Shown here in pieces: positions 1 to 9,970 of a DNA stretch of 32,225 nucleotides; position 1 is the stretch's first letter; each line of letters starts with the position of its first letter. The position numbers were made by a program, and so were the translations under genes. The stretch lies in the sequence record SRR22947725_1377. One strand, given 5' to 3'. The notes under the pieces are model-generated. The model was not told the origin of the DNA, searched no databases, and saw nothing but the letters and a program-made list of their open reading frames with translations.

Positions 1-629
1 GTTTCTGGATTTCCAAACATTACACCAATCTTTTCTCTCAACTGGTTTATAAACATTACTGTACAATTTGTTTTACTGATAGAGCCTGTTAATTTTCTAA
101 GAGCCTGTGACATCAGTCTTGCATGTAAACCCATTTTAGAGTCTCCCATTTCACCTTCAATTTCGCTTTTTGGAGTTAATGCTGCCACAGAATCTATAAC
201 TACCATATCGATAGCTCCAGATCTAATCAAGTTATCTGCAATCTCTAATGCTTGCTCCCCGTGATCTGGCTGAGAAATAATTAAATTATCAATATCGACC
301 CCTAAATTTTGAGCATAATATCTATCAAAAGCATGCTCAGCGTCAATAAATGCTGCAATTCCTCCTTTTTTTTGACATTCCGCTATAGCATGAAGTGTTA
401 AAGTTGTTTTCCCCGATGATTCAGGCCCATATATTTCAATGACTCTTCCCCTCGGGTACCCACCAACCCCTAAAGCTAAGTCTAAACCTAAAGATCCCGA
501 AGAAGTTGCATCAACATCAGCAACTGGGGCATCACTCATTTTCATTACAGTTCCTTTTCCATATGTTTTGTCTAACTTATCTAGTGTAAGTTTTAGCGCC
601 TTTAATTTGTCTTCTTTGTTGTTCCCCAT
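1..629 (-). CDS. recA: Recombinase RecA (5' part; runs off the window start)
   Basis: Not in the ORF track. The reverse complement from ATG at 629 reads [31 protein letters not shown]...; Walker [10 protein letters not shown] at about 403-428; also [10 protein letters not shown] and [39 protein letters not shown]. Confidence 0.98.
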   Translation of the reverse strand, partial: MGNNKEDKLKALKLTLDKLDKTYGKGTVMKMSDAPVADVDATSSGSLGLDLALGVGGYPRGRVIEIYGPESSGKTTLTLHAIAECQKKGGIAAFIDAEHAFDRYYAQNLGVDIDNLIISQPDHGEQALEIADNLIRSGAIDMVVIDSVAALTPKSEIEGEMGDSKMGLHARLMSQALRKLTGSISKTNCTVMFINQLREKIGVMFGNPE

Positions 630-658
630 TTTGTGTAGATTTGAAATTTATTCTATTG

Positions 659-689
659 CTAATTTAATATAACTTTAATGACAATACAA
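659..689 (-). promoter_or_regulatory. Putative Bacteroidota sigma70 promoter of recA
   Basis: On the minus strand: TTG (687-689), a 20-nt spacer, then TAAATTAG (659-666; one mismatch to TAnnTTTG), about 30 nt upstream of the ATG. Confidence 0.5.
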
Positions 690-702
690 TTTTATTGTCA
701 TT
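677..702. promoter_or_regulatory. Perfect 10-bp inverted repeat AATGACAATA-N6-TATTGTCATT, candidate operator
   Basis: Read directly in the recA/trhO intergenic region; its function is inferred. Confidence 0.55.
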
Positions 703-739
703 CGTTTTAGTAGTTTTTCAATATTAATTTTATAAATAT

Positions 740-747
740 TATTTTTG
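740..747 (+). promoter_or_regulatory. Putative -7 promoter element for the trhO operon
   Basis: TATTTTTG matches TAnnTTTG, 29 nt before the ATG at 777. Confidence 0.55.
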
Positions 748-776
748 TAATTATAGAATTAATAAACCAGTATAGA

Positions 777-1829
777 ATGCGCCTGTACAATAAGTTAAGC
801 TCTAAGGAAAGAGCGGCTCTAATAGACAAATCTAATAAAGAAAGAATGACACTTTCTTTTTATCAATACGCTAAAATTATTGATCCAAAGTCTTTTAGAG
901 ATCAATTATTTATTAAATGGGATTCATTAGAAATTTTAGGAAGAATATATGTAGCCTTTGAAGGAATTAATGCACAATTATCAATTCCAAAAGATAATTT
1001 TGAAGAATTTAAGCTACATCTTAAATCAATTTCATTTTTAGAAAACACGTCTTTAAATATTGCTGTGGAACACAACAATAAATCTTTCTTAAAACTTAAA
1101 ATAAAAATTAGAGATAAAATAGTTGCTGATGGCTTAAATGATAACACTTTTGATGTTACAAACACAGGTGTTCATTTAAATGCTCTAGAGTATAATAACT
1201 TAGCTGAGCAAGATAACTCTATTGTAGTGGATATGAGAAATCATTACGAAAGTGAAATAGGACATTTTAAAAATGCAATTAAGCCAGATGTCGATACTTT
1301 TCGAGAATCTCTTGATTTAATTGAAGAAGATTTAAAAAACCATAAAGACGATAAGAATTTAATAATGTATTGTACTGGCGGAATTAGATGTGAAAAGGCA
1401 AGCGCATACTTTAAGCACAAAGGATTTAAAAATGTTTTCCAGCTCAAGGGCGGGATCATTGAATATACAAAACAAGTTAATGAGCAAAAATTAAAAAATA
1501 ATTTCATAGGCAAAAATTTTGTTTTTGACGACAGACGAGCAGAAAAAATTAGCGAAGATGTAATTGCGCAATGTCATCAATGTGGGGCAAAGTTTGATAT
1601 TCACACAAATTGTGCAAATGACGCATGTCACCTACTTTTTATTCAATGTGATAAATGTAAAAAAGAAATGGACAATTGCTGTAGTTACGACTGCAAAGAA
1701 ATTAACAGCTTACCTTTTGAAGAACAAAAGAAATTAAGAAAAGGAAATAAAAACAGCAATGATATTTTCAAAAAAGGACGAGGAAAAACCCTTTCTAGAA
1801 ATCAAACTAACCAAATAGAAGATTTCTAA
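777..1829 (+). CDS. trhO: Rhodanese-domain tRNA uridine(34) hydroxylase (TrhO/YceA, UPF0176)
   Basis: Motifs GRIYVAFEGINAQ, DMRNHYESEIGHF, YCTGGIRCEKAS, QLKGGII, GKNFVFDDR and a C-terminal Cys-rich segment. Confidence 0.93.
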   Translation: MRLYNKLSSKERAALIDKSNKERMTLSFYQYAKIIDPKSFRDQLFIKWDSLEILGRIYVAFEGINAQLSIPKDNFEEFKLHLKSISFLENTSLNIAVEHNNKSFLKLKIKIRDKIVADGLNDNTFDVTNTGVHLNALEYNNLAEQDNSIVVDMRNHYESEIGHFKNAIKPDVDTFRESLDLIEEDLKNHKDDKNLIMYCTGGIRCEKASAYFKHKGFKNVFQLKGGIIEYTKQVNEQKLKNNFIGKNFVFDDRRAEKISEDVIAQCHQCGAKFDIHTNCANDACHLLFIQCDKCKKEMDNCCSYDCKEINSLPFEEQKKLRKGNKNSNDIFKKGRGKTLSRNQTNQIEDF

Positions 1830-1864
1830 AAAGTATATATTATATTTAATGAAATATTTATTTA

Positions 1865-3007
1865 ATGTCTTGTAAAACTTGCAGTTCTAAATCTAATGGC
1901 TCCCCTAAAGGATGCAAAAACAACGGAACATGCGGAACAGACAGCTGCAATAAATTTACTGTTTTTGATTGGCTATCAAATATGTCTTTACCATCAGGTC
2001 AATCAGAATTTTTATATTCAGAAATTAGATTTAAAAATGGTAGAAAAGATTATTTTTTAAATAAAAACTCAGTATCACTTTCTGTAGGAGATATTGCTGC
2101 TACCCAAGCCAATAGTGGTTATGATATAGGAATAGTAACACTAACTGGAGAACTTGTAAGGGTTCAAATGGACAAGAAAAAAATCAGCTATTCACAAGAA
2201 GAGTCAAAGATCATTTACAGAAAAGCATCACAAATTGAAATAGACAAGTGGTCATTACTAAGAGACAAAGAAGAGCCAATTAAAGTTAGAGCTAGAAAGT
2301 TTGCAATTGATCTGAGATTAAAAATGAAAATATCTGACATTGAATATCAAGGAGACGGCAGCAAAATAACTTTTTATTACACAGCTGATGAAAGAGTAGA
2401 TTTCAGAGAATTAATTAAGATTTATGCAAGAGAATTTAGAACGAAAATTGAAATGAAACAAGTTGGTTTAAGACAGGAAGCTGCTCGTCTTGGAGGAATA
2501 GGGTCTTGCGGTAGAGAGCTATGTTGTTCAACTTGGCTAACTGACTTTAGATCTGTAAGTACCTCTGCTGCTAGGTATCAGCAACTTTCTCTTAATCCTC
2601 AAAAATTAGCAGGTCAGTGTGGAAAATTAAAATGCTGCTTAAATTATGAACTAGGGTCTTATATGGATGCCTTAAAAAATTTCCCAAAGAAAGAGATTAA
2701 ACTAAAGACTGAAAAAGGAGTAGCAGTATGCCAAAAGACAGATATTTTTAAAAAACAATTATGGTATGCATATGTTGGTGAGTGGAATAATTGGTTCTTG
2801 CTATCAGTAGACCAAGCTAATGCAATTATAAATGAGAATAAATTAAACAAATTAGTCTCAGGCTTAGAGGAGTATACAATTGAGAATAATTTCGTAGAAG
2901 AAAACATGTTCGAGAATGTAGTTGGTCAAGATAGTTTAACAAGGTTTGATAAGCCAAGAAAGAAAAAAAATCACAAAAGAAAAAAAGCAAAAAAACATGC
3001 TAACTAG
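1865..3007 (+). CDS. ricT: PSP1-domain RicT/YaaT-family protein
   Basis: FYYTADERVDFRELIK, GGIGSCGRELCCSTWL, KLAGQCGKLKCCLNYE; Cys-rich N-terminal extension. Confidence 0.9.
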   Translation: MSCKTCSSKSNGSPKGCKNNGTCGTDSCNKFTVFDWLSNMSLPSGQSEFLYSEIRFKNGRKDYFLNKNSVSLSVGDIAATQANSGYDIGIVTLTGELVRVQMDKKKISYSQEESKIIYRKASQIEIDKWSLLRDKEEPIKVRARKFAIDLRLKMKISDIEYQGDGSKITFYYTADERVDFRELIKIYAREFRTKIEMKQVGLRQEAARLGGIGSCGRELCCSTWLTDFRSVSTSAARYQQLSLNPQKLAGQCGKLKCCLNYELGSYMDALKNFPKKEIKLKTEKGVAVCQKTDIFKKQLWYAYVGEWNNWFLLSVDQANAIINENKLNKLVSGLEEYTIENNFVEENMFENVVGQDSLTRFDKPRKKKNHKRKKAKKHAN

Positions 3008-3467
3008 AGTATTAATAGTATTAATTATATTTAGTTTTATTTCATGTGGTCAAGATAGAATATTTGATAGCTATAAAACTATTCCAAATCAATGGGACAA
3101 AGATAGTTTGATTATGTTTGAATTTGATTTAAAATCAAGCTCGTACAATTCCTTTATAAATGTCAGAACTGACCAAAGCTATATGTTTAATAATTTGTTT
3201 TTAATAATCACTGTTCACGATTCTACAAAAATAATAATGAAAGACACCCTTGAGTATAAAATGGCTAATTCTGATGGAAAATTACTAGGAAAAAAATTTC
3301 TAAATACTTATGAAAATAAGTTAGTACACAAAGAAAGTGCTAAATTTGAAAATGGAAAATATTTGGTTACCATTCAGCATGCTATGAGAAAGATTAATAA
3401 GGTTAGTGGTCTAAAGTTATTAGATGGAATAATAAATATCGGATACAGAATTGAAAGAGAAAAATAA
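2997..3467 (+). CDS. gldH: Gliding motility lipoprotein GldH
   Basis: Start moved to ATG 2997, giving signal peptide MLTRVLIVLIIFSFIS-C (lipobox). Motifs YMFNNLFLI, DTLEYKMANSDGKLLG, IQHAMR. Lies between ricT and PBP1A. Confidence 0.88.
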   Translation: MLTRVLIVLIIFSFISCGQDRIFDSYKTIPNQWDKDSLIMFEFDLKSSSYNSFINVRTDQSYMFNNLFLIITVHDSTKIIMKDTLEYKMANSDGKLLGKKFLNTYENKLVHKESAKFENGKYLVTIQHAMRKINKVSGLKLLDGIINIGYRIEREK

Positions 3468-5766
3468 TTTTAAAAAATACATTGTTACCATATGGGCACT
3501 TTTTATAGCTTTAGTGTCATCAGTTTTTGGAATTTTTTATTTTGCATCAGTTGGAGGTCTTGGCGAAATGCCTGACTTAAAAGTATTAGAAAATCCAAAG
3601 ACAAATTTAGCTAGCGAAATTCTTTCCGAAGAAGGAAAAACTATTGCTAAATTTTATTTTAATGATAATCGCACGCCGGTAAGCTTTTCAGAATTCCCTA
3701 AACATTTAGTAGACGCATTATTAGCAACAGAAGATATACGTTTTTATAGTCATTCTGGTATTGACTGGATATCAACCTTAAGGGCGATTGTAAAATTAGG
3801 AAAAGATGGAGGAGGAAGTACAATTACACAACAATTAGCTAAACAATTATTTACCGGTGAAGGATCTAGAGATATATTGGAGAGAATTAATCAGAAAATT
3901 AAAGAATATATTATTTCTATCAGATTAGAAAAGCAGTATACTAAAAATGAAATTTTAGCACAATATTTAAATATTTATGATTTTGGTAATAATGGGGATG
4001 GTATAAGAAGCGCCTCAAGAATTTATTTTGGTAAAGAGCCTATTGACTTAGACATTAGTGAATCTGCAATGCTAGTGGGAATGTTAAAAAACTCCTCACT
4101 ATATAATCCTAGACCTAGTAGAAATCCTGTTGGTGTAAAAAACAGAAGAAATGTGGTTTTGGCACAAATGTATAAATACGGATTTATAGACAAAGTGATG
4201 AAAGATTCTCTACAACTTAAAGACTTAAAATTAAATTACACCCCAGAGTCTCATCGAGACGGAATTGCTCCTTATTTTAGAGAATATTTAAGAACATATA
4301 TGAAAGATTGGGTAAAGGATGAAAAAAACAGAAAACCAGATGGATCTAAGTATAATATAAATACAGATGGATTAAAAATTCACACTACTATAAATTATAG
4401 TATGCAAGTTTATGCTGAGGATGCAATTAACCAACACATGCCAAGGCTTCAAAAAGAATTTTTCAAACAAAACACGATTGAAGATAATCCAACAGCTCCT
4501 TTTCGAGAACTAACTGAAGGGGCAATTGACACACTGCTTAGACGTGCCATGAAAAGATCTGAGCGATGGAGAAAAATGAAATATGACCTTAAAAAATCTG
4601 AAGAGGAAATAAAAAAATCCTTTCAAATTCCATCAAAAATGACTGTTTTTTCATGGCAAGGTGAAATTGATACGATAATGAAACCCTGGGATTCTATGAT
4701 TTATTATAAATCTTTTTTAAGACCTGGTATGATGTCTATGGATCCAAATACAGGCTTTGTTAAAGCTTGGGCTGGAGGTATGGATTATAAACATTTTCAG
4801 TATGATATGGTAAAAAAAGGTAAGCGTCAAATTGGTTCAACATTTAAACCTTTTGTTTATGCTGCAGCAATTGACCAGGTAAAATTGTCCCCTTGTGACA
4901 CCTTTCCTGATAGTCAATATTGTATAGAAAAAAATAAATTTGGCAATCCTGAAAAATGGTGTCCAAGAAATTCAGGAGATAAATACGGGAGAACACGAAC
5001 CTTGAAAAATGCTTTAGCTAATTCTATTAATACTGTTACAGCAAGATTAATGGATAAAATTGGTCCAAAGCCAGTAATAAAACTAGCTAAAAATTTAGGG
5101 ATTGAGCAAAAAATACTACCCGTTCCCTCCATTGCTTTAGGAACCCCAGATATTAGTGTTTATGAAATGGTTGCTGCCTATTCAGCATTTGCAAATAAAG
5201 GAGTATACACTAAGCCTATATTAATTGAAAAAATTGAGGATAAAAATGGAACAATCTTATTTGAATATAAAAGAGAAACAAGGGATGTCTTAAGTGAAGA
5301 AGCAGCTTACGTAACTGTTAACTTACTTGAAGGAGTCACTCAAGCAGGATCTGGCATAAGATTAAGAACAACTGGCGCTACTAATAACGCGTATGAGTCA
5401 GTGGTCACTGGATATCCCTATGAATTTGATAATCCAATTGCAGGCAAGACAGGAACAACTCAAAATCAAAGTGACGGATGGTTCATGGGAATGGTGCCAA
5501 ATTTAGTAACCGGAGTTTGGGTAGGAGCTGAAGATAGGTCTATTCATTTTGAAACTATCGATTATGGTCAAGGAGCATCAATGGCTCTGCCAATATGGGG
5601 AGTATATATGAAGAATTGTTACCAGGATACTATTTTAAATATTTCTAAGGAGCCTTTTTTTAAACCAGAAAAACTATCCATTGAATTAAATTGTAATAAT
5701 TTTAAAAATGACTCATTAAATACAATTAAAAATAACAATAAGAAGTTGTTAGAAATAGATTTTTAA
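3451..5766 (+). CDS. mrcA: Class A penicillin-binding protein 1A (transglycosylase/transpeptidase)
   Basis: N-terminal TM helix; GT51 motifs [14 protein letters not shown] and [11 protein letters not shown]; transpeptidase STFK, SIN and KTGT. TTG start overlaps gldH. Confidence 0.93.
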   Translation: MKEKNNFKKYIVTIWALFIALVSSVFGIFYFASVGGLGEMPDLKVLENPKTNLASEILSEEGKTIAKFYFNDNRTPVSFSEFPKHLVDALLATEDIRFYSHSGIDWISTLRAIVKLGKDGGGSTITQQLAKQLFTGEGSRDILERINQKIKEYIISIRLEKQYTKNEILAQYLNIYDFGNNGDGIRSASRIYFGKEPIDLDISESAMLVGMLKNSSLYNPRPSRNPVGVKNRRNVVLAQMYKYGFIDKVMKDSLQLKDLKLNYTPESHRDGIAPYFREYLRTYMKDWVKDEKNRKPDGSKYNINTDGLKIHTTINYSMQVYAEDAINQHMPRLQKEFFKQNTIEDNPTAPFRELTEGAIDTLLRRAMKRSERWRKMKYDLKKSEEEIKKSFQIPSKMTVFSWQGEIDTIMKPWDSMIYYKSFLRPGMMSMDPNTGFVKAWAGGMDYKHFQYDMVKKGKRQIGSTFKPFVYAAAIDQVKLSPCDTFPDSQYCIEKNKFGNPEKWCPRNSGDKYGRTRTLKNALANSINTVTARLMDKIGPKPVIKLAKNLGIEQKILPVPSIALGTPDISVYEMVAAYSAFANKGVYTKPILIEKIEDKNGTILFEYKRETRDVLSEEAAYVTVNLLEGVTQAGSGIRLRTTGATNNAYESVVTGYPYEFDNPIAGKTGTTQNQSDGWFMGMVPNLVTGVWVGAEDRSIHFETIDYGQGASMALPIWGVYMKNCYQDTILNISKEPFFKPEKLSIELNCNNFKNDSLNTIKNNNKKLLEIDF

Positions 5767-5776
5767 AATATTTAGT

Positions 5777-6475
5777 ATGATAAACAAAAAAGTATATGAT
5801 GTGACTAATGCTCTAGATGGGATTAAAGACAATATGACCATTATGTTAGGAGGGTTTGGATTATGTGGTATCCCTGAAAAATCAATAGAAGAACTAGTAA
5901 AATTAAAAGTTAAGGGGCTAACTTGTATTTCAAATAACGCTGGAGTTGATGATTTTGGTCTAGGACTATTGTTAAAGGATCACCAAATAAAAAAAATGAT
6001 TTCGTCATATGTTGGAGAAAACAATGAATTTGAAAGACAAATGCTTTCAGGAGAACTTCAAGTTGAATTACTGCCTCAAGGAACTCTGGCTGAATTATGT
6101 AGAGCTGCTCAAGCTGGTTTTCCTGCAGTATATACTCCAGCAGGTTTTGGAACTGAAGTTGCAGAAGGTAAAGAGTCTAGAGAATTTAATGGAAAAATGT
6201 ATATTTTAGAACATGCTTTTAATGCGGACTTTTCGATTGTTAAAGCTTGGAAAGGAGATGAAGCAGGAAATTTAATTTTTAAAGGAACAGCAAGAAATTT
6301 TAACCCAAACATGTGTGGTGCAGCTTCAATAACAGTTGCAGAGGTTGAAGAGTTATATCCAGTAGGAGCTCTTGATCCAAACGAAATACATATTCCTGGC
6401 ATTTTTGTTCAGAGAATATTTAAGGGTGAACATTACCAAAAAAGAATTGAACAAAGAACTATAACACAAAGATAA
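5777..6475 (+). CDS. scoA: 3-oxoacid CoA-transferase subunit A
   Basis: [42 protein letters not shown]. Confidence 0.93.
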   Translation: MINKKVYDVTNALDGIKDNMTIMLGGFGLCGIPEKSIEELVKLKVKGLTCISNNAGVDDFGLGLLLKDHQIKKMISSYVGENNEFERQMLSGELQVELLPQGTLAELCRAAQAGFPAVYTPAGFGTEVAEGKESREFNGKMYILEHAFNADFSIVKAWKGDEAGNLIFKGTARNFNPNMCGAASITVAEVEELYPVGALDPNEIHIPGIFVQRIFKGEHYQKRIEQRTITQR

Positions 6476-7131
6476 TGCTAGATAAAAATGGAATTGCTAA
6501 AAGAATAGCAAAAGAAGTAAAAGATGGGTATTATGTAAATTTAGGAATAGGAATTCCTACTTTAGTAGCAAATTACGTTAATAAAGACCTAAGTGTAGAG
6601 TTTCAAAGTGAAAATGGAGTTCTTGGAATGGGACCTTTCCCTTTTGATGATAATGTAGATGCAGATATAATTAACGCAGGAAAGCAAACAATAACAACAT
6701 TACCTGGCGCCAGTTTTTTCGATTCAGCAATGAGTTTTTCAATGATAAGAGGAAAGCATGTTGATTTAACTATTTTAGGAGCTATGGAGGTCTCTGAAAA
6801 CGGAGATATAGCAAACTGGAAAATTCCTGGAAAAATGGTAAAAGGAATGGGTGGAGCTATGGATTTGGTAGCTAGTGCAGAAAATATTATAGTAGCAATG
6901 ATGCACACAAACAAAAAAGGAGAATCCAAATTGCTAAAAAGATGCTCACTCCCCTTAACAGGTCTAGGTTGTGTAAAAAAAATTGTAACTAATTTAGCAG
7001 TTTTAGAAGTAACTAAAGAGGGTTTTAAATTACTTGAAAGAGCTTCAGGAGTTAGTGTTCAAAAAATAAAAGAATCTACAGTGGGTAATCTTATCGTTGA
7101 TTCTGAAGTTCCAGAAATTAGCATTAGCTAA
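6475..7131 (+). CDS. scoB: 3-oxoacid CoA-transferase subunit B
   Basis: VNLGIGIPT, catalytic QSENG, GMGGAMDLV; TAATG coupling to scoA. Confidence 0.93.
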   Translation: MLDKNGIAKRIAKEVKDGYYVNLGIGIPTLVANYVNKDLSVEFQSENGVLGMGPFPFDDNVDADIINAGKQTITTLPGASFFDSAMSFSMIRGKHVDLTILGAMEVSENGDIANWKIPGKMVKGMGGAMDLVASAENIIVAMMHTNKKGESKLLKRCSLPLTGLGCVKKIVTNLAVLEVTKEGFKLLERASGVSVQKIKESTVGNLIVDSEVPEISIS

Positions 7132-8821
7132 TCCCTTTTGGAATAGCTCCAATTAGTTTTTTAGTGTAGTCCATTTTAGGATCGTTATAGATATCTTCTG
7201 AAAACCCTATTTCTTTGAAAACACCTTCCTTCATTACAACAATTTTGTCTGACATATATTTCACTACTGATAAGTCATGAGAAATGAATATGTACGTAAG
7301 TTTTAGCTTTTTCTTTAAATGATTTAATAAATTTAATACCTGTGCCTGAACAGAAACATCTAAAGCAGATACAGACTCATCGCAAATTAATACTTTGGGC
7401 CTAACACTAATTGCTCTTGCGATTCCTACTCTTTGTTTTTGACCTCCAGATAGTTCGTGAGGATATTTATAAAAGACACTTTTTTCAAGGCCAACATCAT
7501 TTAATAAAGCTATACACAGCTCTTTGTAAGAGCTGTCTTTTTTGTCAATCTTATGAACAATCATAGGCTCCATTATTAATGATCCAATAGCTTTTTTAGG
7601 ATTCAAAGAAGAATCAGGATCTTGAAAAATTAGCTGAACATCTTTTCTATAATTATTTAATTCAGACTTTGAAAGCTTTGTAACATCATTGCCTTTATAA
7701 AATATGGACCCATTACTAACCTTTTCAATTTGAACAATTGTTTTTACTAATGTAGACTTCCCACATCCTGACTCACCGACCAAACCAAGTGTTTCTCCTT
7801 TATATAGCTGCAAATTAATATCATCAAGAGCTTTAAATTTCTCTTTTTTCTTAAACCAAATTTTATTTTGAATATAATATTTATCTAAATTTTTAATTTC
7901 TAAAATAGGACTGTTTGAATAGATGTTTTGTCGACTAATTTCAATTTCCTCGTCACTAATAATTGAGTTATCTACAGAGTTATTAATATAATCAGACACA
8001 GTTGGAAGTTTGCTTAACTTAACTTTATTATTTGGTCTTGAGTATAACAAACCTTTAGTGTAATTTTCAATTGGATTTGAAAACATTTTTGCCGCACCTC
8101 CTTTTTCAATTATTTCTCCTTTATACATTACTATTAATCTATCTGCAATTTCAGAAACTAGCGCTAGATCGTGCGAAATAAAAATTATACTTAACCCTTC
8201 AGATTTTTTAATTTTTAAAAGTAATTCAATGATCTCTTTCTGTACTGTAACATCTAGTGCCGTGGTAGGCTCATCAGCTATAAGTAATTTAGGCTTACAG
8301 GCTATAGCCATCGCAATCATTAACCTTTGTTTTTGTCCACCAGAGAGTTGATGTGGATATTTGGAACTAAAATTGTCAACTTTTTCCAATTTAACTTTTT
8401 TTATCAATAAGTTTATCTCGTCTTCAACATCTAATATGTCAATATTTTTTAACTCAAAACATTCACGCAATTGATCAATACACTTCATTGTTGGATTTAA
8501 TGCAGACATTGGTTCTTGAAATATTATAGAGATATCTTTTTTTCTAACCTGACGAATACTCGAATCACTTATCTCTAACAAATTTGTGTTGTTATAAATT
8601 ACCTCCCCCTTAGATATGGCTTTATTTTTTGGTAATAACTTTAATATAGACAATGCTGTCACAGACTTTCCACTGCCAGATTCACCAACGATTCCCAACA
8701 CCTCATTTTTTAATAAATTAAAACTAATATTGTTAACTACATTAACAACCTTGTTTTTTTTAATAAAACTTATGCTTAAATTTTTTATTGAAATAAGATT
8801 ATTAGAAGATGCTTTGTTCAA
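7124..8821 (-). CDS. Double-domain ABC ATPase, dipeptide/oligopeptide (DppD-DppF fused/YejF-like) family
   Basis: Two Walker A motifs (GESGSGKS, GESGCGKS), two LSGGQKQR signatures, Walker B ADEPTTALD and CDESVSALD; TTG start. Confidence 0.92.
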   Translation of the reverse strand: MNKASSNNLISIKNLSISFIKKNKVVNVVNNISFNLLKNEVLGIVGESGSGKSVTALSILKLLPKNKAISKGEVIYNNTNLLEISDSSIRQVRKKDISIIFQEPMSALNPTMKCIDQLRECFELKNIDILDVEDEINLLIKKVKLEKVDNFSSKYPHQLSGGQKQRLMIAMAIACKPKLLIADEPTTALDVTVQKEIIELLLKIKKSEGLSIIFISHDLALVSEIADRLIVMYKGEIIEKGGAAKMFSNPIENYTKGLLYSRPNNKVKLSKLPTVSDYINNSVDNSIISDEEIEISRQNIYSNSPILEIKNLDKYYIQNKIWFKKKEKFKALDDINLQLYKGETLGLVGESGCGKSTLVKTIVQIEKVSNGSIFYKGNDVTKLSKSELNNYRKDVQLIFQDPDSSLNPKKAIGSLIMEPMIVHKIDKKDSSYKELCIALLNDVGLEKSVFYKYPHELSGGQKQRVGIARAISVRPKVLICDESVSALDVSVQAQVLNLLNHLKKKLKLTYIFISHDLSVVKYMSDKIVVMKEGVFKEIGFSEDIYNDPKMDYTKKLIGAIPKGIS

Positions 8822-8831
8822 AACAAAAAAA

Positions 8832-9968
8832 TTAATTAATTATGTTGTAAGCTTCATCAATATAGGTGTAAAAGTCTTTTGAATGCGCACTACCTTGTTC
8901 TTCTTTTGAAATTAAATTTCCTAATCTTACAATAATTAAGTCATCTTCTGGAATCACTATAGTAAGCTGGCCTAGATGTCCTCTTGAATAAAAGATTTCT
9001 TTGCCCTTGTATTTGTCTAACCACCATCCATAACCATAGAAAGGAGCATTCGCAAACTTTGGAGTTAGAGATTTTGCAATAAAAGTAGAGTCTAAAATCT
9101 GATGTCCTTTCCACTTTCCATGCTGCTTATAGAGTTTACCTAGCCTAGCAAAGTCTCTGGCGCTACTAGCGATACAACAAAATGCCTTAACTAGATTATT
9201 TTCTCTGCTATCAACTTGCCATGGAGAAGCAATTTTAGCTCCCATTGGCTTCCAAAAAGATTCACTTAAATAATCAGAAAGATTTTTACCAGTAGCTTTT
9301 TCAAGAATCATTCCCAATAATTGGGTGTCACTACTAAGATATTTATATCTCTGTCCGGGCTCTTCAACAACCTCTAAGTCCAGAATTAAAGATTTCAAAT
9401 CTGAAGTAAAATAGCTTCTAGCAGTAAGTGAAAAAGGGCTATAATATTTTTCTACATAATTTAGTCCAGAAGACATTGTTGAAAGATCACCAACTGTTAG
9501 CTTAGCAGCTTTCCCTTGACTAAATTCCTTAAAGAAATCAGAAACAGGTTGGTCAAGGCCCTTTATGTATCCATCTGTTATGGCCTTTCCTAACATTGCA
9601 CTAACGAAACTTTTTGCCATTGAAAATGAATTTGAAATAGAATCTTGGTTATAGCCTAAATAATACTTTTCAAAAACAATACTATCATTTTGTATAATTA
9701 GGTATGAAGTGGTTTCTTTTAATTTATTAATATTAATTAAGTTTTTAGATTCTACTTTACTATTATATTTATCGCTAATTAGCCATGGTTGATGAACTCC
9801 AGATTCAATAATATCATTGTCAAAATGGACATAGTCTGATAAATAAGCCGTAGTGTGTCCTTTTAAGTATCCTACTTTTACAGCCTTAACTAAATAGCCA
9901 AGATCAAGTAAATAAAAAGATGAAATTAGTGTAATAAGAATTAGTAGTCCTTTTTTTTTCTTTGACAT
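8832..9968 (-). CDS. Serine hydrolase, beta-lactamase class C/AmpC-like (6-aminohexanoate-dimer hydrolase-like)
   Basis: SFSMAKS (SxxK), YKYLSSDTQLLG, ARDFARLG, YGYGWW; N-terminal membrane anchor. Confidence 0.85.
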   Translation of the reverse strand: MSKKKKGLLILITLISSFYLLDLGYLVKAVKVGYLKGHTTAYLSDYVHFDNDIIESGVHQPWLISDKYNSKVESKNLININKLKETTSYLIIQNDSIVFEKYYLGYNQDSISNSFSMAKSFVSAMLGKAITDGYIKGLDQPVSDFFKEFSQGKAAKLTVGDLSTMSSGLNYVEKYYSPFSLTARSYFTSDLKSLILDLEVVEEPGQRYKYLSSDTQLLGMILEKATGKNLSDYLSESFWKPMGAKIASPWQVDSRENNLVKAFCCIASSARDFARLGKLYKQHGKWKGHQILDSTFIAKSLTPKFANAPFYGYGWWLDKYKGKEIFYSRGHLGQLTIVIPEDDLIIVRLGNLISKEEQGSAHSKDFYTYIDEAYNIIN

Positions 9969-9970
9969 AA

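Noticed and set aside
439-672. 77-aa plus-strand ORF
   Set aside because: Antisense shadow of recA, which the ORF track missed because it runs off the window edge.
2946-2996. N-terminal extension of gldH in the ORF track
   Set aside because: ATG 2997 gives a proper lipoprotein signal; the extension is the ricT 3' end read in another frame.
8832-9968. Possible beta-lactam resistance gene
   Set aside because: The SxxK fold is shared by many esterases and amidases; it has YLS rather than the AmpC YxN and no KTG, so resistance is unsupported.
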